The notes beneath the pieces were generated by a model, which was given only the letters and a program-made list of their open reading frames with translations, was not told the DNA's origin and did not search any database. This document shows, one piece after another, positions 25,339-39,390 of a DNA stretch of 64,000 nucleotides. How positions within the stretch are numbered: the first letter of the stretch is position 1; each line of letters begins with the position of its first letter. Position numbers and translations under genes: made by a program. Source of the stretch: Negaprion brevirostris (lineage: Eukaryota); NCBI GenBank assembly GCA_030324005.1, contig JARDVH010000121.1, forward strand, positions 65,237,835 through 65,301,834, given 5' to 3'.

Positions 25339-26179
25339 CCCCTTCCTCCCACCCCACAACTTCCCCTCACCATCCCCCAACCCCCATCCATGGCGTGTTT
25401 TCCAGCAGTGGAGACAGCTCGTCATTGGTTGGTGGTGGGATCTTTCTGTCCCACCAAAGTCAAAGTCAACAGCAATTTGTGTTGCTTGTGAGCCCTGCCA
25501 TCAGGAAAACCACCATGGGTGGTTGCCTTTAGTGGAACCAGAAGATCCCACTGGTGGTAAGGGCCAGAAAATCACATTCTATATTGAAACATTCAAACAA
25601 AAGACAATTAGTCACTTTCTAACAGTTAAACTGGTGATAGCAAATAGATTAATGGACAGATTTCTCCCCACCACCCCAAAAAAAATTAGCCTGCTGCTTT
25701 ACAAGTAAAAATAACTTTCAATCAGGCTACTTACAGAAAAGTTGCCATTTACTGGCCATGAAAAACTGTCCCTCAGGCGTCAGGGAGATTAGCAGGGCAA
25801 AAATGTGGGTTTGCAGTCAGTGCAGACTCAATAGGCCGAATGGCCTCCTTCTGCACTGTAGGGATCTATGATTCTAAAATTTGAAGGATACTCAACAGGT
25901 CAGGTAGCATGTGTCAACATCAATTTTCACTTATATAGCATATTTAATACATGAAACATTTCAACACATTTTCCATAAGCATAATCAGACGACAAAATTG
26001 ACAAGACATAAAAGGAAATTAGGAAGAGGGGCAAAAATCTTGACTAGACTGCAGATGTTAAAAGGGAGAAAATATTTTTCGATAGCACTAAAAAAGTTGT
26101 TGCATGATCACACAGCAAAAGCTGGGAAATGGAAGATGAAAAGAATTAACCATTATTGATAACAGAAACTTACACATTA

Positions 26180-26885
26180 TTTTTATTGTAACTAAACTGC
26201 CTGAGGTTCTACGCAGGATCATTACAGAACAAAATTTGACACTGAACTATACAAGGAGATATTAGGTCAGATGACCAGAAGTTTGGTCAAAATGTGGCTC
26301 CTTACAGAGAGAGAAACAGAGAGGAGAGGTTTAGAGAGAAAAGCTGAGGTAGTTGAAGGCATGTGTGGTGGAAAGATTACAATTCAAGGATGTGCAAGAG
26401 GTCAGAACACAAATCTACGGTGAGGTTGTAGGGCTGGAGAAAATTACAAAGATAGGAGAGGAGCGAAACCATGGGGGGATTTGAAAACAAAATAAAGAAT
26501 TTTAACTGGTAGTCAATGCAAGTTAGCATGAGGAGATTAGTCAGAGAGATTTAGTGTGAGTTAGGACACAGGTAGCAGAGTTTTGAATTTGGGATGCTGG
26601 CCAAGAGCGCACTGAAATAGTCAAATGTGGAGGCAAAGGGACGAGGGTTTCAGCTGAGTAAGGACAGAGTCGAATAATGTTACAGAGATGGTCTTCATGA
26701 TGGTGTGGATCTATGATAGGAAGCTCAACTTGGATATATATAACACCCGATTTGTGAACAACCAGGTTCAGCATCAAACAGTTGTCAGTAATAGGGATGG
26801 AGTTGGCAGCAAGGGAACAGACTTTCTGAAAGCGAGTGAAAACAAGAGCTGTCGCCTTCCCAATATTTAGTGATAGAAAATTTAT
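26180..26885 (-). mobile_element. L2 LINE 3' fragment
   Basis: FLSLNIGKATALVF...HLCNIIRLCPYSAETLV...IQNSATCVLT, matching L2 FLQLN.KTE / HLRNI.RLRP / IQNSAA motifs. Confidence 0.75.
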
Positions 26886-27373
26886 GAACAAAAATTAAGA
26901 TTTCCACACATGATTATAGTTGCAATTGCCCTGATATTTCAATATTAAATAGTGAACATACCCAGAGTCCGCTGCACAGTCCATCTCTGGTACACACACC
27001 CAGGTGAACAGGATCCGGAAGAGCTGGGTTTACAGTAAAGTGTCTGGGAGGAGAATTTAAAAACAAGTTGTATTATTACCTGGAAGTTAAAATGGCCTCA
27101 CCTTTCTAGGTTAAAAAGTTCAATAAAGTCAAGTGTTCAACCATTATGTTTGTATTCCTCTTTTCACGTGGATGAGAAGTTTTACAAGTGGATTCTTACA
27201 GGTCTTAAAAGGTACTCATTTAACTTACAGTTGAATATTTTATCACGTAACCTTTTGATTGCTGAATGATAGTACACTGTAGTAGTCAGGAAAAATGGAT
27301 AGCAACCATAAAAACATTTGACGGGCACTCCATTTTATGGGTAATAGCTCATGTTCATGTACAGCTCCCTTTA

Positions 27374-27543
27374 AATGTTCCCTCTAATTTTCCTTTACAG
27401 TTTGTTGAGCTGTGCAGTTCCTTTAAGCCTGCTGCACAGTCACATGTGCACACCTTAAAGGGACTGCACCTTATGCACAGCCAGTTTATTCCTTAGGTGT
27501 TAAGTTCTGAACTGCTGCGGGGCCATAGCTTAAAGGGAAATTA
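27374..27543. mobile_element. hAT-like MITE with nested inverted repeats
   Basis: Termini AATGTTCCCTCTAA / TTAAAGGGAAATT and an inner palindrome GTGCAGTTCCTTTAAG...CTTAAAGGGACTGCAC. Confidence 0.55.
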
Positions 27544-28109
27544 ATTTGATATCACAGTAAACTTGAATGATGTACTTTTAATATTGTCACATTGTTTGTA
27601 AAATTCCTCCAAAGTAAGAGAGAGAAAGAAGGAAAATTGCTGCACAGGATTTTTATCAATATTAGAATTAACGACTGCCAATCACAATCAACATAACTTT
27701 CAAAGCAAGCAGCTTCTTTCTGACATGGCTCTTCTGTACTCACCGCTGCAGTGTGGTTTTCCACACAAGGATTCAAATTGTGTATCATCCTCAATACAAC
27801 TTTGAAATCCTCAACAAGGACCGCCTAGAAGGATAACTGCAGGAGGTGCTTGGGGAATTCCCTCAAGTATCACAATACCCTTTGAAAATAGATTGCTATT
27901 CCTCCATTGCCGCTCAGTCAAAATTGTGCAACTCCCTGACGAAGATGTCCAAAGATATGCGGGTTAAGTGGATTGGCCATGCTAAGTAGTGTCAGGGGGA
28001 TTAGCAGGGTAAATATGTGGGGTTACGGGAATAGGGCCTGTGTGGGATTGTGGTCAGTGCAGATGGGCCGAATGGCCTCTTTCTGCACTGTAGGGTTCTA
28101 TGATTCTCA

Positions 28110-28340
28110 GACCTGTCCTGGTTCAATCTACCAAAATACATCACCTCATACTTATCTAAATTAAACTCCACCTGCCATTTGTCAGCCCACTGGCCCAATA
28201 GATCAAGATCCCATTGCAATTGGAGATAACTTTCTTCACTGTCCACTATGCCACCTATCTTGGTGTCATCTGCAAACTTACTATGCCTCCTATATTCTCA
28301 TCCAAATTATTAATATAAATGAAAAATAACAGTGGATCAG
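28110..28340 (-). mobile_element. CR1 RT fragment
   Basis: DSEESYLQLQWDLDLLGQWADKWQVEFNLDKYEVMYFG, preceded by KFADDTKIG. Confidence 0.85.
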
Positions 28341-31229
28341 TGGCTGAAATTGTACCTACACCCATGAATCAATGTCTACTGACAACCACCTCAATTTCCC
28401 TGAGAACCTTCACTATATATTGTGGTTACCTCTTCTAATAGGTCCCGAGTGGATAGCTTGCAAATGTCTGAGAATGTAGCTGTAGTGAAACATGAGGATT
28501 TTGTTTCTTCAAGCAGGGAGTTGAGAAATCTGAAGACTCCACTAGAAGGTCTGCTCATCAATTTTATGGTCTATGGGGCAAATTGTGAATGAGTGATATT
28601 TCCATCAACTCCATTTTATTATTGAGTGATTTGGCAGCAAAGGTCAACAAGGTGCAGTAATTGGCACTTTACTAAACTGCAACAAAATTGATCAAATTCA
28701 CAACACCGTCTGCAAACAGAAGAGGCCACAATAGCTTTGCATCCCCTCTCTTGCATGCAAGTGTGCCTTTACTTCAGCTGGACATGTAGTGGAAGAGTCA
28801 GATGATGTCAGCACCTTTTACACTCTTCAGAACTTGGGCTGCATCCTGTATAATGGCATTCATCATGCCCTTTACTCTCCCAAGGGGGGAACAAAGCCCC
28901 TAATTAAACGGAGCTTCCAATCTAATTGACAAAGCTTCTGCTGAAAGTTAGCCAGCCAACTTATAACCATCAGAAGTAGTAGGTGTTTGGGATTTAAAGT
29001 GTTCAAAGTACGAGACACAATAATAGCAGTAACATTTGTTTTCAGTGAAGTGTTTTTGTTTCTGATGGAATACATGCCTGAAGATTTGAGGTATGGATGA
29101 AGACAACTTATGTGAAGGAATAAAAGAAGAATAAACTTGATGGCTCTGGAAGACAACAGCATGCCACTAAACAGCTGAATTGAGTCCATCACTAATGGGA
29201 CACTGTTGTAGCACTAATTCGGTGGCTTACATCAGTCATTTTGTGAGGGAGACATGACTATCTGAAGAATCGTTATGGAGTCATGGTGCAATACCTGTAA
29301 CTGGATCATCAGGTGGAGCTGGATATCAGCAGAGGTCAGAAGCTCCCCATGATGTCTATTCAATCTGGCATCTTGCAGTGATTGCTCTCATAACAGTGGA
29401 AGACATGAGATATACCAGTGGTTCCTGAGGCCCAGTCCACAAAACTAAAAACTTATGTACCTAAAAATAATTTGTTTAAAGTAAACTTTAAAAAAAAACT
29501 TACCTGCAGCTTACTTCAAGTCTTGTCTCTTTCATCAGGTCTGCAGTAAATCCAACTGGGTGTCAACTACAGTTCTGCTGTGGTATGCTTTATATGAGAT
29601 GGGATGGAATATTTGGGGTGGGGAAGGACATGTTGAGGGACAGCAGGGTACCGAAATCAACCTCAGCACCAAGCCAAGTCTCCGGCTTCTATTTACATAC
29701 AGTGAAGTTGGCAAGTGTCAACTAAAAAGGCTCCAAAATATGCTTTTTGGGTTAGACTTCCATCTCATCTTATTGAATAACACTGTAGAACAGCCAGAGA
29801 CAATTAATGTCTTGGTATATCTGACTACGCACATCAACATCCACATCAGTAGTTGTTTTTTTTATGGGGAGAGACCTCAGCACATTCCTCTCATTGCAGC
29901 TCACTACACCCCAATATTTTCAAGAAGGAAAATGGGCAAATGACTTAAAGCAGGGACATCCTTTCAATCCACAGTTGCAGACTTCACCGAGGAAGCTAAT
30001 AGCAAAGGAACACCTTATCCGGTCACCGTTGATCCATCTTCTGATTCTTAACACTGTAACTTGGTCACAATTAAGACATGCGTGTTAAAGATCAATGGTT
30101 GAATGCAACACTATCTACTACTGATTGTGTCATGGTTCATTGGTCCAGGAGAGTTGTGTGCAAAATTGAGAATTGACCTTTGATTTCCTTCTATAACTGG
30201 CTAATGGCTTTTCATTAAGGAGGTTTAAATGTCTGGTTAAGTAATCAATGCAATGCTATAACCATTTTCCTCCTACCATATGGCTATAGTGCAGCAAGAG
30301 GGATCCTCTAAACGATATTTCTCAAAATCTTACTTTTTTTTGTTATATTGCTATTTCAACTTCATTTAAATTCTATTTATTGGTGTTTGTTTTGAATTAA
30401 GACTGCACAAGGGAGGAACACCAACTGGGGGCAACTGGTAGATTTTTAAAAATTAAACTGAAAGAAAGTTAATACCAATAGTTTCTACTACATTTCCATT
30501 GCCATCAACAGGGGTCCTCTGTGCCCACCTGAGAAAGAGGAGTACTGAGTGATGCTCCAAGTCTTTCAGTCACCAGGTAAACTTCATTTAGAAAGATCTC
30601 ATTCAATGACAATGAGGGGCAGTAGTGGGGAAATGGAGAAATCCATTGGGATTGGTACTTCATTTTTCTCATGTCTTGTGAATTCAGGAAGAGTTTAAAA
30701 CAAAATGTGTGTAATTCTCCAACATGCCCAGTCATTTTTCCAGGATCAGTCAATAACTTCCTGATCAGGCAACTAAGTATTTCTGTGATCTCAAAAATAT
30801 TTTCCAATGATGTAACATTAGCACTGGGCCACGCGCTACACAAGTCGCAAACAAATCAAGACAACTCTGTCATGCTATTACTTTGGCGCATTTCTCACTT
30901 CCATTTGGAGTGCAGCTTAGATATCTCTGCTTATGAGGATACACTTGCTGTGACAGTCACATATCTATGGAGGATAAACTGGTTCCAAAGTCAGATTACC
31001 TACTTACAGTAGATAATATCTTCTCCATACCAGACTTTTCCTCTTTCTCTGCTTGCAAACTTGCACATACTTAGTACTTTCATGTTCTCATTTTTTTTCC
31101 CTCATGCCACTTTTGTTGAGGAAAAATTCAAGATTTTAACTGCAGGCAAAACAAAAACACAAGCCAAAAACCTAACAACAAATTTTAATTGCTTCTTGGA
31201 AGATCTGGGTGCTCTATCCGAAGGATCCA

Positions 31230-31526
31230 TAGAATAGAATCCCTACAGTGCAAAAGGAAGCCATTTGGCTCATCAAGTCTGCACGGATTCTCTAAAAAAA
31301 GCATCTTACTCAGGTTCATCGCCTATCTTCATAATCCTGCGCATTTACCATGATTAAGTCATCTAACCTACACATTTTTGGACTATAGGAAGAAACCGGA
31401 ACACCCAAAGGAAACCCATGCAGAAAGGGGAGAACATGCAAACTCCAGTCACCCAGGGCTGGAATCGAACCTAGGTCTCTGGCACTGAGAGACAGGAGTG
31501 CTAACAACTGTGCCATCCTGTTGCCC
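31230..31526 (-). mobile_element. HE1 SINE (HER1-like tail)
   Basis: Reverse-complement head and core, with tail ...GCACTGTAGGGATTCTAT. Confidence 0.8.
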
Positions 31527-32386
31527 ACACTTCCAGAAGCGCATTGTTGCTACAATGTGTGCCATCTATAGGATGCATTGAAACAACTCACTTAGACTTC
31601 TTCAGTAACATCTCCCAAACCTGTGACTCCCACCATTAACAAATTAATGGACAGCAGATGCATGGGAACACAGTCACATTCAAGTCTCACACTCCATCCT
31701 TAGAACATATATTTAGCAGTTTCTGCATTAGTCAAAATGTTGGAACACACTACCTAACAGCACTGCAGGATCATCACCACACAAATTTCAGCAGTGCACC
31801 TACATCTTATCAGAGCAACTCTGGATGGACAATAAATGTCAGAGTTGTCAGTTTAAAAAATAGATCCTGGAGCACAGGTGTTAGCTTCAATGATGTGGTT
31901 TAAACCAACTTATATTATCAAGGCAAAATTTGTTTAATTAGTTCTTCAATTTGTATATTTCACCACATTGAGAAGAGACATAGCTGTCAATTAACATGCA
32001 CTCCCATCCAGGAAAGTCTGACATGAAAGGCTGCTTCTGGCATCAAGGCCTTCCAATAGCTGCTCATTATCAGCTTATTCAAGTTAGTGCAGGAGACAAT
32101 AATTCACAACTATTATCACTTTGAGTTAAGATATCTGAAGGAGCAAGTACAATAGTATTTTAATCTGCTAATGCAGCTTTCTCTGTTTATCTCTATCATA
32201 ACTTATGGTTTAGCATGAGATTTGGTTTCTGACAAGTGAGTGCCTTGTTTTCGTACCTACCTGAGAGATTTGATAGTCCTCCTTCTTGGCAGCTGCCCTT
32301 TTCTGGTGAGTATAGGAGTGTGTTGGGAGAGGGTTTGAAATGTAACACAATGTACGTATTCATGGGAGTAGGGTTAGGTCATAGTG

Positions 32387-32695
32387 GGCAGCACTGTGGC
32401 ACAGTGGTTCGCACTGCTGTCTCACAGTGCCAGGGACTCAGGTTTGATTCCCAGCTTAGGTCACTATCTGTGTGGAATCTGCACATTCTCTCCCTGTGTC
32501 TGCATGTGCTTCCTCCGCGTGCTTCGGTTTCCTCCCACAGTCCGAAAGATGTGCTGGTTAGCTGCACTGGTCATGCTAAATTCTCCCTCAGTGTACCTGA
32601 GCAGGTGCCAGAGTGTGGCAACTGAGTGATTTTCACAGCAACTTCATTGCAGTTTTAATTTAATCCTACTTGTGACACTAATGAACAAACTTTAA
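32387..32695 (+). mobile_element. HE1-type V-SINE (tail type B)
   Basis: Same head, core and tail as 3095-3365. Confidence 0.85.
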
Positions 32696-32859
32696 AAAGG
32701 TCACAATGGAGACGTGGGGATGTGGAGGAAGTATCTGCAGCATTCAAAAGGTTGCTGTGCTGAAACATTTTGAATTGTTGAATTTAGAGATTTCTTTACA
32801 GTATCATGGTCAATGTTGTGGAAAAGAAATCAACTAGAAAGAAATCTAAAGCATTCTGT

Positions 32860-33510
32860 ACATAGTACCTAGATTCACCAGAATTACACCAGGGTTGAAA
32901 AGGGTTAAATTATGAGGACATATTGCATAAATTATTGCATTTCACTTAGAGAAGAGTTTGCACATTCTCCCCATGTCTGCGTGGATTTCCTCTGGATGCT
33001 CTGGTTTCCTTAGCCATGTGAATGTGTGGGGGCTACAAGGATAGGGTGAAGGAGGAGCCTGGGAAGGATGCCTTTTTGGAGAGTCGGTATAGACTTGATG
33101 GACTGGATGGCCTCTTTCTGCGCTGTTGGAATTCTATGGTTAAGGGGTTATGTAAATGAGCTGTCGATGGTAAAATAGAGGTAAATTATTTCCTCTGGTG
33201 GGGTGCATTCTCAGAATAAGTGACACAATTTAAAAAAAAAATAAGAGACATACAATGAGGGGTGATGCCAAGTAGAACTTCTTACACAAAGAGCAGTGGA
33301 AATTTGGAACTCTTCCCAAAAAGCTTTTGAGACTGGATCTCAATTGAAAAACTGCAAAATTCAGATTGACGGATTTTTGTTAAGCAATGGATATTAAGGA
33401 TTACAAAACTAAAGCATGTCAATGGAGTAAAGATATAGATCAGTTACGATCTCAACAAAAAGGGAGAATGGGTTCAAAGGGCTGAATTGTCTGCTCCTGT
33501 TCCGAATTTC
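32860..33510 (+). mobile_element. CR1 3' fragment with nested HE1 SINE piece
   Basis: RFTRITPGLK-like start and CR1 tail. HE1 core at about 32955-33140. Confidence 0.65.
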
Positions 33511-34512
33511 CTTAATTTCCTAAAAGTAACAACATAAAAAATGTTTTCTTAGAACAGTTGCTACGAGAATTTCAATGCTGACAGAACTATAGCACTATCC
33601 CTGACAGCATTATCCTAAGGAGGGAGGTACTGAAACTTAACTGCATGTTCAGTTACATTCATCTCATCCCTTACATGAGAACCAAAATCTTTCTCCAATT
33701 TCTTAGGTTTACCCTTTCTCCTGAAGATGGCAACTCGCATTCAGTCTTCACATGCAAAGCCAGTGAGTCTGAAAGGTTTTCCCAAATGTAAGCCACTAGA
33801 ACTGAGTGCACCCTGTCCTCAACTTACAGTTCTGGGTTCTAACCAGCCAATTACATTGCCATCACAAACTATTTCCATTGTTTTATTTTCAATGCCAGCC
33901 TTTCTAGAAAAGCCAGATCAAATTCAAGCGCACCACATTCGCTGTTGCACACTTATCAAGCTCCTCATTTTCTCACAAATTCATCATGAACTCCCCTTCA
34001 TTAAGCCACTTTGGTTAACATTTAATTTGTATCATGATGCTGCATGGTCTTATTAGTAAGGGTTTTAATAACAACCCACAATGGAAATCTTAACCACAGA
34101 TCTGGAGTTTCTTGGATCATTTTTGCTACCTTATTCATAGAGAAGAAAGCCTTCCTTTAGTCCCCCGTCATCCCAAATTTCAGCTGGTTTAATGATATGA
34201 AGAGTCATAACTGATCATGGCAATACCCATGGTTCTCTTTAGAGATTATGTAATCGACCTGTCTCCTGATTGAGAAAAACTAAGGCAATAAAACTCGAGC
34301 ATAGTTGCGGATGTAGTAACTGTTTTGCCCGATCCATCCCCATACCTTGCTTTTCTTAGTGTATCTTTAAAAATAAAAATTTCATTCCTCTTCCTCCACT
34401 CAATCCANNNNNNNNNNNNNNNNNNNNNNNNNNNNNNNNNNNNNNNNNNNNNNNNNNNNNNNNNNNNNNNNNNNNNNNNNNNNNNNNNNNNNNNNNNNNN
34501 NNNNNNNNNNNT

Positions 34513-34875
34513 ACTTTTATTTATTCATTCATGGGACTTGGGCATCACTGGCTGGCCAGCATTTATTGCCCATCCCAAGTTGCCCTTGGAGGGTAACTGC
34601 GATCAACCACATTGCTGTAGCTCTGGAGTCACATGTAGGTGAGACCAGGCAAGGATGGCAGACTTCCTTCCCTAAAGGACATTGTGAACCAGATGGGTTT
34701 TTTCCAACAATCGAAATGGTTTCAAGGTCATCAGTATTCTTAATTGCAGATATATTTTATTGAGTGCAAATTCTATCATCAGCCATGGCAGGATTTGAAA
34801 CTGAGTCCCCAGAACATTAGCTGAGTTTCTGGATTAATAATCTAGTGATAATACACTAGGCCACATGCTCCCCGT
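34513..34875 (-). mobile_element. tRNA-derived SINE (second family)
   Basis: Near-identical organisation to 20445-20775. tRNA-like head at the right end, tail AATAAATGCTGGCCAGCCAG...ATGAATGAATAA. Confidence 0.75.
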
Positions 34876-37653
34876 GCTATTCAAGTAGGCAGAAGCATTT
34901 AAACTTCTGCAGGGTACAGATTGATTCAGTGCATTCAAAATTGTCTCCTGACAATTTTGTCTATGGAGTCTATGTCTGTAGACCCTCCACTTTCCCAATC
35001 AAACCTCCCAGCCAACTCTGATGAGACTTCCAAAGCACGCAGTTGATCCTCTTATGATTATTTAGGTAATATGTTTTGATAACATCTCTAATGGTTCTAT
35101 TAATTCCAGACATTGAATCCCTGCATTACCAGCAGAGATATTATTGTCCCTGTTGATTTCTGGTAATCTGAAATTTCCAACTATTGTTGTTTAGTTTCCT
35201 TGTTTGCTACCTTCCTTATTTTATCCCACAGTTCGAGAACTTTTACCTTGGTTTGAGTTGATGGGAATCGGGATAACAACACACCCCAATAATAGCCTAT
35301 TAGTTGTACCCAAAACGATTCTGTGTCTGGTCTTTCTTTATTCAGTGTCTTCTCTCGCTTGTGCCTCAATATTGGCAAGTAATGGTTCCATTATTGTTGA
35401 TGAATTAGAATGTTAGGACATTATGGCAGAGAATTTCCAATGATCATTCTTTGCAAGTTCCAAATTTTACTGCTTCAACTTTTTGGAAAGATCATCTGTC
35501 ATTTACTGGCAAACTACAAATTGCTCAAATTAAAACTGAATTTTTGAATTCAAAATTTGAATACAAATTGAAAGGTAACAGCTTATATGGGCATCCGATG
35601 TAATACATGATTTCTGACTTTTTTTTATAGATCAATCCTTTTAATCAATTTTGACGGGCTCGCATTAAGGATCAGGAATTAAATATAAACTACTATATTT
35701 TCAATGCAAATAGACTGGAAATTGTAAATTGGGGAACTGATAAACCACTTCTGCATAAATCATGCATAAATCAAGCTACTGAAAATAATTACAATGAATA
35801 TGCAGGGAAAAAAGGAAAGTACAAGTGAATAACCACATGTTGTGATCCACCTTCCTGGGAGGGGCTGGGTGTAGCTGAATTGAATAATCAGAAACAGGTT
35901 AGAATTTAACCTCTGGAATTCTTTCTTCAAACTTCTCTCTTCTCCTTTAAACCACAACTTAAAATCTACCACTTTGACCAAGTGCTGGTCACCTGTCTGA
36001 ATGTCTTCTCCTTTATCTCAGTGGCAATGTGTGCTGATTATACATCTTTAAAGGGCCATGAGCCATTTTACTCTGTTAAAGTTGTTACATAAATGAAACT
36101 ATCCAGACAGATTCATCACTTATCAAATCTGTGAATCTTCAGCTGATGTGTCCTTAGATGAGTGTTAATGGAAATGTTCACTCTAATTTACTCAGATGTT
36201 AAGCACAAGTGGCAACAGCCCACTTATAAACTCAGAGAAACAAAGGTTGAGTACAGCTCTCATTCTCCATTTGGACACACCACAACTTTGGCATGTTTAT
36301 TTTTTACATCATCTTAAATCAAAGTCTTACCTTTAGTTAGGAAAAACACAGGCTGTCTGTCCAGTTTCTGGTTAGTGTTAATCATGATTGATCTCTCAGG
36401 TGATTAGCAAAGGTAGTGGTTATATTCAATTCAGATCCCGGGCAACAGCATCATTCAGCACCAGCCTGTAACCTAGCAACTAACACCCTACAGAGAGAAG
36501 ATGCCAGGCCGCAGTCCTTGTCAGTATTACATGAAGCCTGATAATTCTGTCTCGCTGTATAATTCAGATATTACACAGTAGCATGTTGGCTGCTCACCAA
36601 TTCCCTCCCTCCGTTATGTCTGGAACTACATTCAAAGGCTTTATTGTAGCTGCTATTCACAGCTGAGTCCCGATTTCCCACTTCCGTTCGAGGCTGGGCC
36701 AAATTCTGTGCCCTTCCTCATGCTGTCACTACTCAAGGCTGCTTCCGTTAACCTTGATGTTAAGAGTTAAGCAATAAAAAGAGTTAACATTTTGGCATAT
36801 AGAGTGCGCGTACTCCCTCAGACAGACAGCAGTTGATAGCCAAAGAACATGCACCGGCAGAGCAGTGATCTGGTGATGAACACAAGGCACACAGTCAAGA
36901 AAAATACCGGCCATTTGCCCAGTTTGTTATAGAATATTTATCAGATGGTCAGCAAAGGTAATGGTCAGATATCTGAACAGAACAAAGCTGGGGCATCTGG
37001 AAAGGAAGGGAACAGGAAAATAAACAAGTTGGGAATCGAGGTCTGTTAGATTTCGATCTTAAATAGGTGGTTTTCCTCAGAGTTGCCATGTCTAAGTCAG
37101 CAAAGCAGGGCTACAGCATATTACCAAGTCTGAAATTGGAGTTTGGTGCCATGCCAGATTTAGGGTTGCAGGTCTGGACACTGATTTCAATCCTGAAAAT
37201 TAAGGCAAACGCCACGGCTCAAAAGCACTCCATCACTGAAAAGTAAGTCTAACAGTCACAAGCTAAATGGCATTACATTCAAACAGAATCCTCTTCTGCT
37301 GCTCATGGGCATAAGGGCAGGAATCTGAAATATTTTCTTCAAACGCTTTGGCTAACCCTGGTGAATAATGAACAGCTGTGCTAGTCACAGCAGCGTTAAA
37401 CAACAAAGGAGCAGAAAACAAAAGGAGGGAAGACTAACACAAAGAAATGCGGAAATTATGAAATGCATGATTGAAAATGTGCAATTTGCACAAGGTGGTG
37501 ACAGCTGCAGTAAGGTTGCAAAACACCTGGAAATGCTAAAGGAGCTGCTTTATCCTGTAAATGGGTCCAAAGATTATGAATAACGTAGCAGGCCATCCTT
37601 TGAAGAATAGGATGAGGGTTTTGTTTAGGATTCATTTCAAGTTTTATACGTAC

Positions 37654-37764
37654 ATCAGCATCAGACATGGGCGGCGCCTCCTCCATATCTACTTCATGCT
37701 TGCTGGCAGCTCGCGAGGCTGATCCTTTGGTTTCATGTTGTAACCTTTCACTTTGTTCCTGGGC
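37654..37764 (-). CDS. DIDO1: DIDO1 exon (linker)
   Basis: ttgttacag|GCC...GAT|gtacgt, 111 nt, phase 0/0. Encodes AQEQSERLQHETKGSASRAASKHEVDMEEAPPMSDAD, similar to human DMEDSPPVSDSE. Confidence 0.85.
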
Positions 37765-38929
37765 CTGTAACAAAAACATCAAAACATCATACCTCTCACA
37801 ACATTGTATATGGTCTTGGCTCAATGCAAAGGTTAACACTGTTGGGGATATTTACTTATCAAGTTGATAACGTTTGGTTTTATTTAAAGTAAATTGGGTA
37901 TATATGATTTTGTACCACCACAGCCAACTGTGAATCCAATCATTTCAGATGTGGTCAGTTCACCATCTGTGCAAATTGACTAGACATTGCTGCACCAAAA
38001 TTAAGACCAGAGCAGACTTAAGACTTTGGATTCCCTCCAACCTCCCACTTTCACCCCACCCACCCATCCATCCCGCGAGCTGTTGCTGGGTCCAGAGCAG
38101 AGCTGTGATGCTTTGTATATTTTTTAAGGTTCCCCTTTAGCTTTTAGTCATGTTCTTTATTTTTATACTGTACTGGGTGTAAAACCTCCATCACTAATTT
38201 GTTTCACTGTTCTGATAATGTGGATCATGGCCCTCTTTTTCAGAAGCTCATCAAAACAAGAACACATTTTCCCATATTAAAAATCTCACATCTGTACAAA
38301 AGTCATTTACAAAACTTTACTCCCAATTATCAAAATTTCCAGTTTGATTTTCCTGTCCACATTCACAATACTAATTGACTACATAAGCTGAACATATTGT
38401 GATGACACTCTCCAACCAGTGGAGACACCTCAACTTAACCACTCCCAACTCCTCAAACTTGTACTGTCGAGAAATTCATGTTCCAACTAGTNNNNNNNNN
38501 NAGTGGTGCATTTGCTTCCTAATATTCTGAGTCTTGCTTATAAAGAGAACATAAAAATTGAATATATAAAATTAAGCATCCCATGGGTTTTTAAAATGTG
38601 GAATAAATGTGGAATCTGCATTTGAATCATTCTGGCCTGGATGTCAGCTTCCCAAGAGCTGCAATCGGTCTCTGATGCCATACATGCAAAAACAAGAATC
38701 GACTACTGCAAAATAAATTTCTTCATAATCCAGTCATTTAACAACATGGCGTTTTATTTCATCTATTTTCACTGTTATAGTCTCAACATTTTATTGACTG
38801 TAACATATTCCTGGTCAGCTGTTAACCTGTAAACGTAAATTGCCTGTACACATTAAAATAAATTCTCCTTTATCTCTTTCACTTTAAATTTTTGCTTTTT
38901 ATCTCAGATTTGTTTTTTCAATTGGAACT

Positions 38930-39390
38930 GATACAAAACAGTCTTTTCTAATCTCCCTTAGCCTTGTTTTTATCAGAAAGAGAGAACAGTTTAATTTTTT
39001 CACTTTTTACTTAGGTTTAGTTTTGATACGGCATACAGTAGAATCCATAAATTTAAAGAATTTCCCAATTCCATTCTTCTCTCTGTGAAACAAGTGTTTA
39101 ATATTATGTCAAAATGGGCTAATTTTAGGTATGCCCCCCTCCCTCTCCCAGCTTTGGTCTGGATTTCCCTGTGAAGATTTCCCCTCTTTGTCACTCTATT
39201 GAATCCTTTTATCATTTTAACCAGCCCTCAACTTTCTAAATAAAGTCACACGTTTATACTACCTATCCTCATTTTAATTCCTTATGCCCCATATCACTGC
39301 TGAATCTGGATGTTGTATCGCCTCCAAAAGTCAATATTTCTTTCTCAAGCAATGGTGCCCAAAATCCAATGCAGCACTGAAGACTTAGCA
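38930..39390 (-). mobile_element. Degenerate CR1 3' fragment
   Basis: LQCCIGFWAPLLEK (LEYCVQFWSP-like). Confidence 0.55.

Noticed and set aside
27070-27095. Possible recursive splice site (ttttaacttcCAG|GTAATA) in the 19-kb intron
   Set aside because: Weak pyrimidine tract and donor. Such motifs are expected by chance at this intron length.
32236-32629. Recurring ORFs such as GSTVAQWFALLSHSARD / CLRGFPPGA (also at 42866 and 57327)
   Set aside because: Translations of HE1 SINE copies, not genes.
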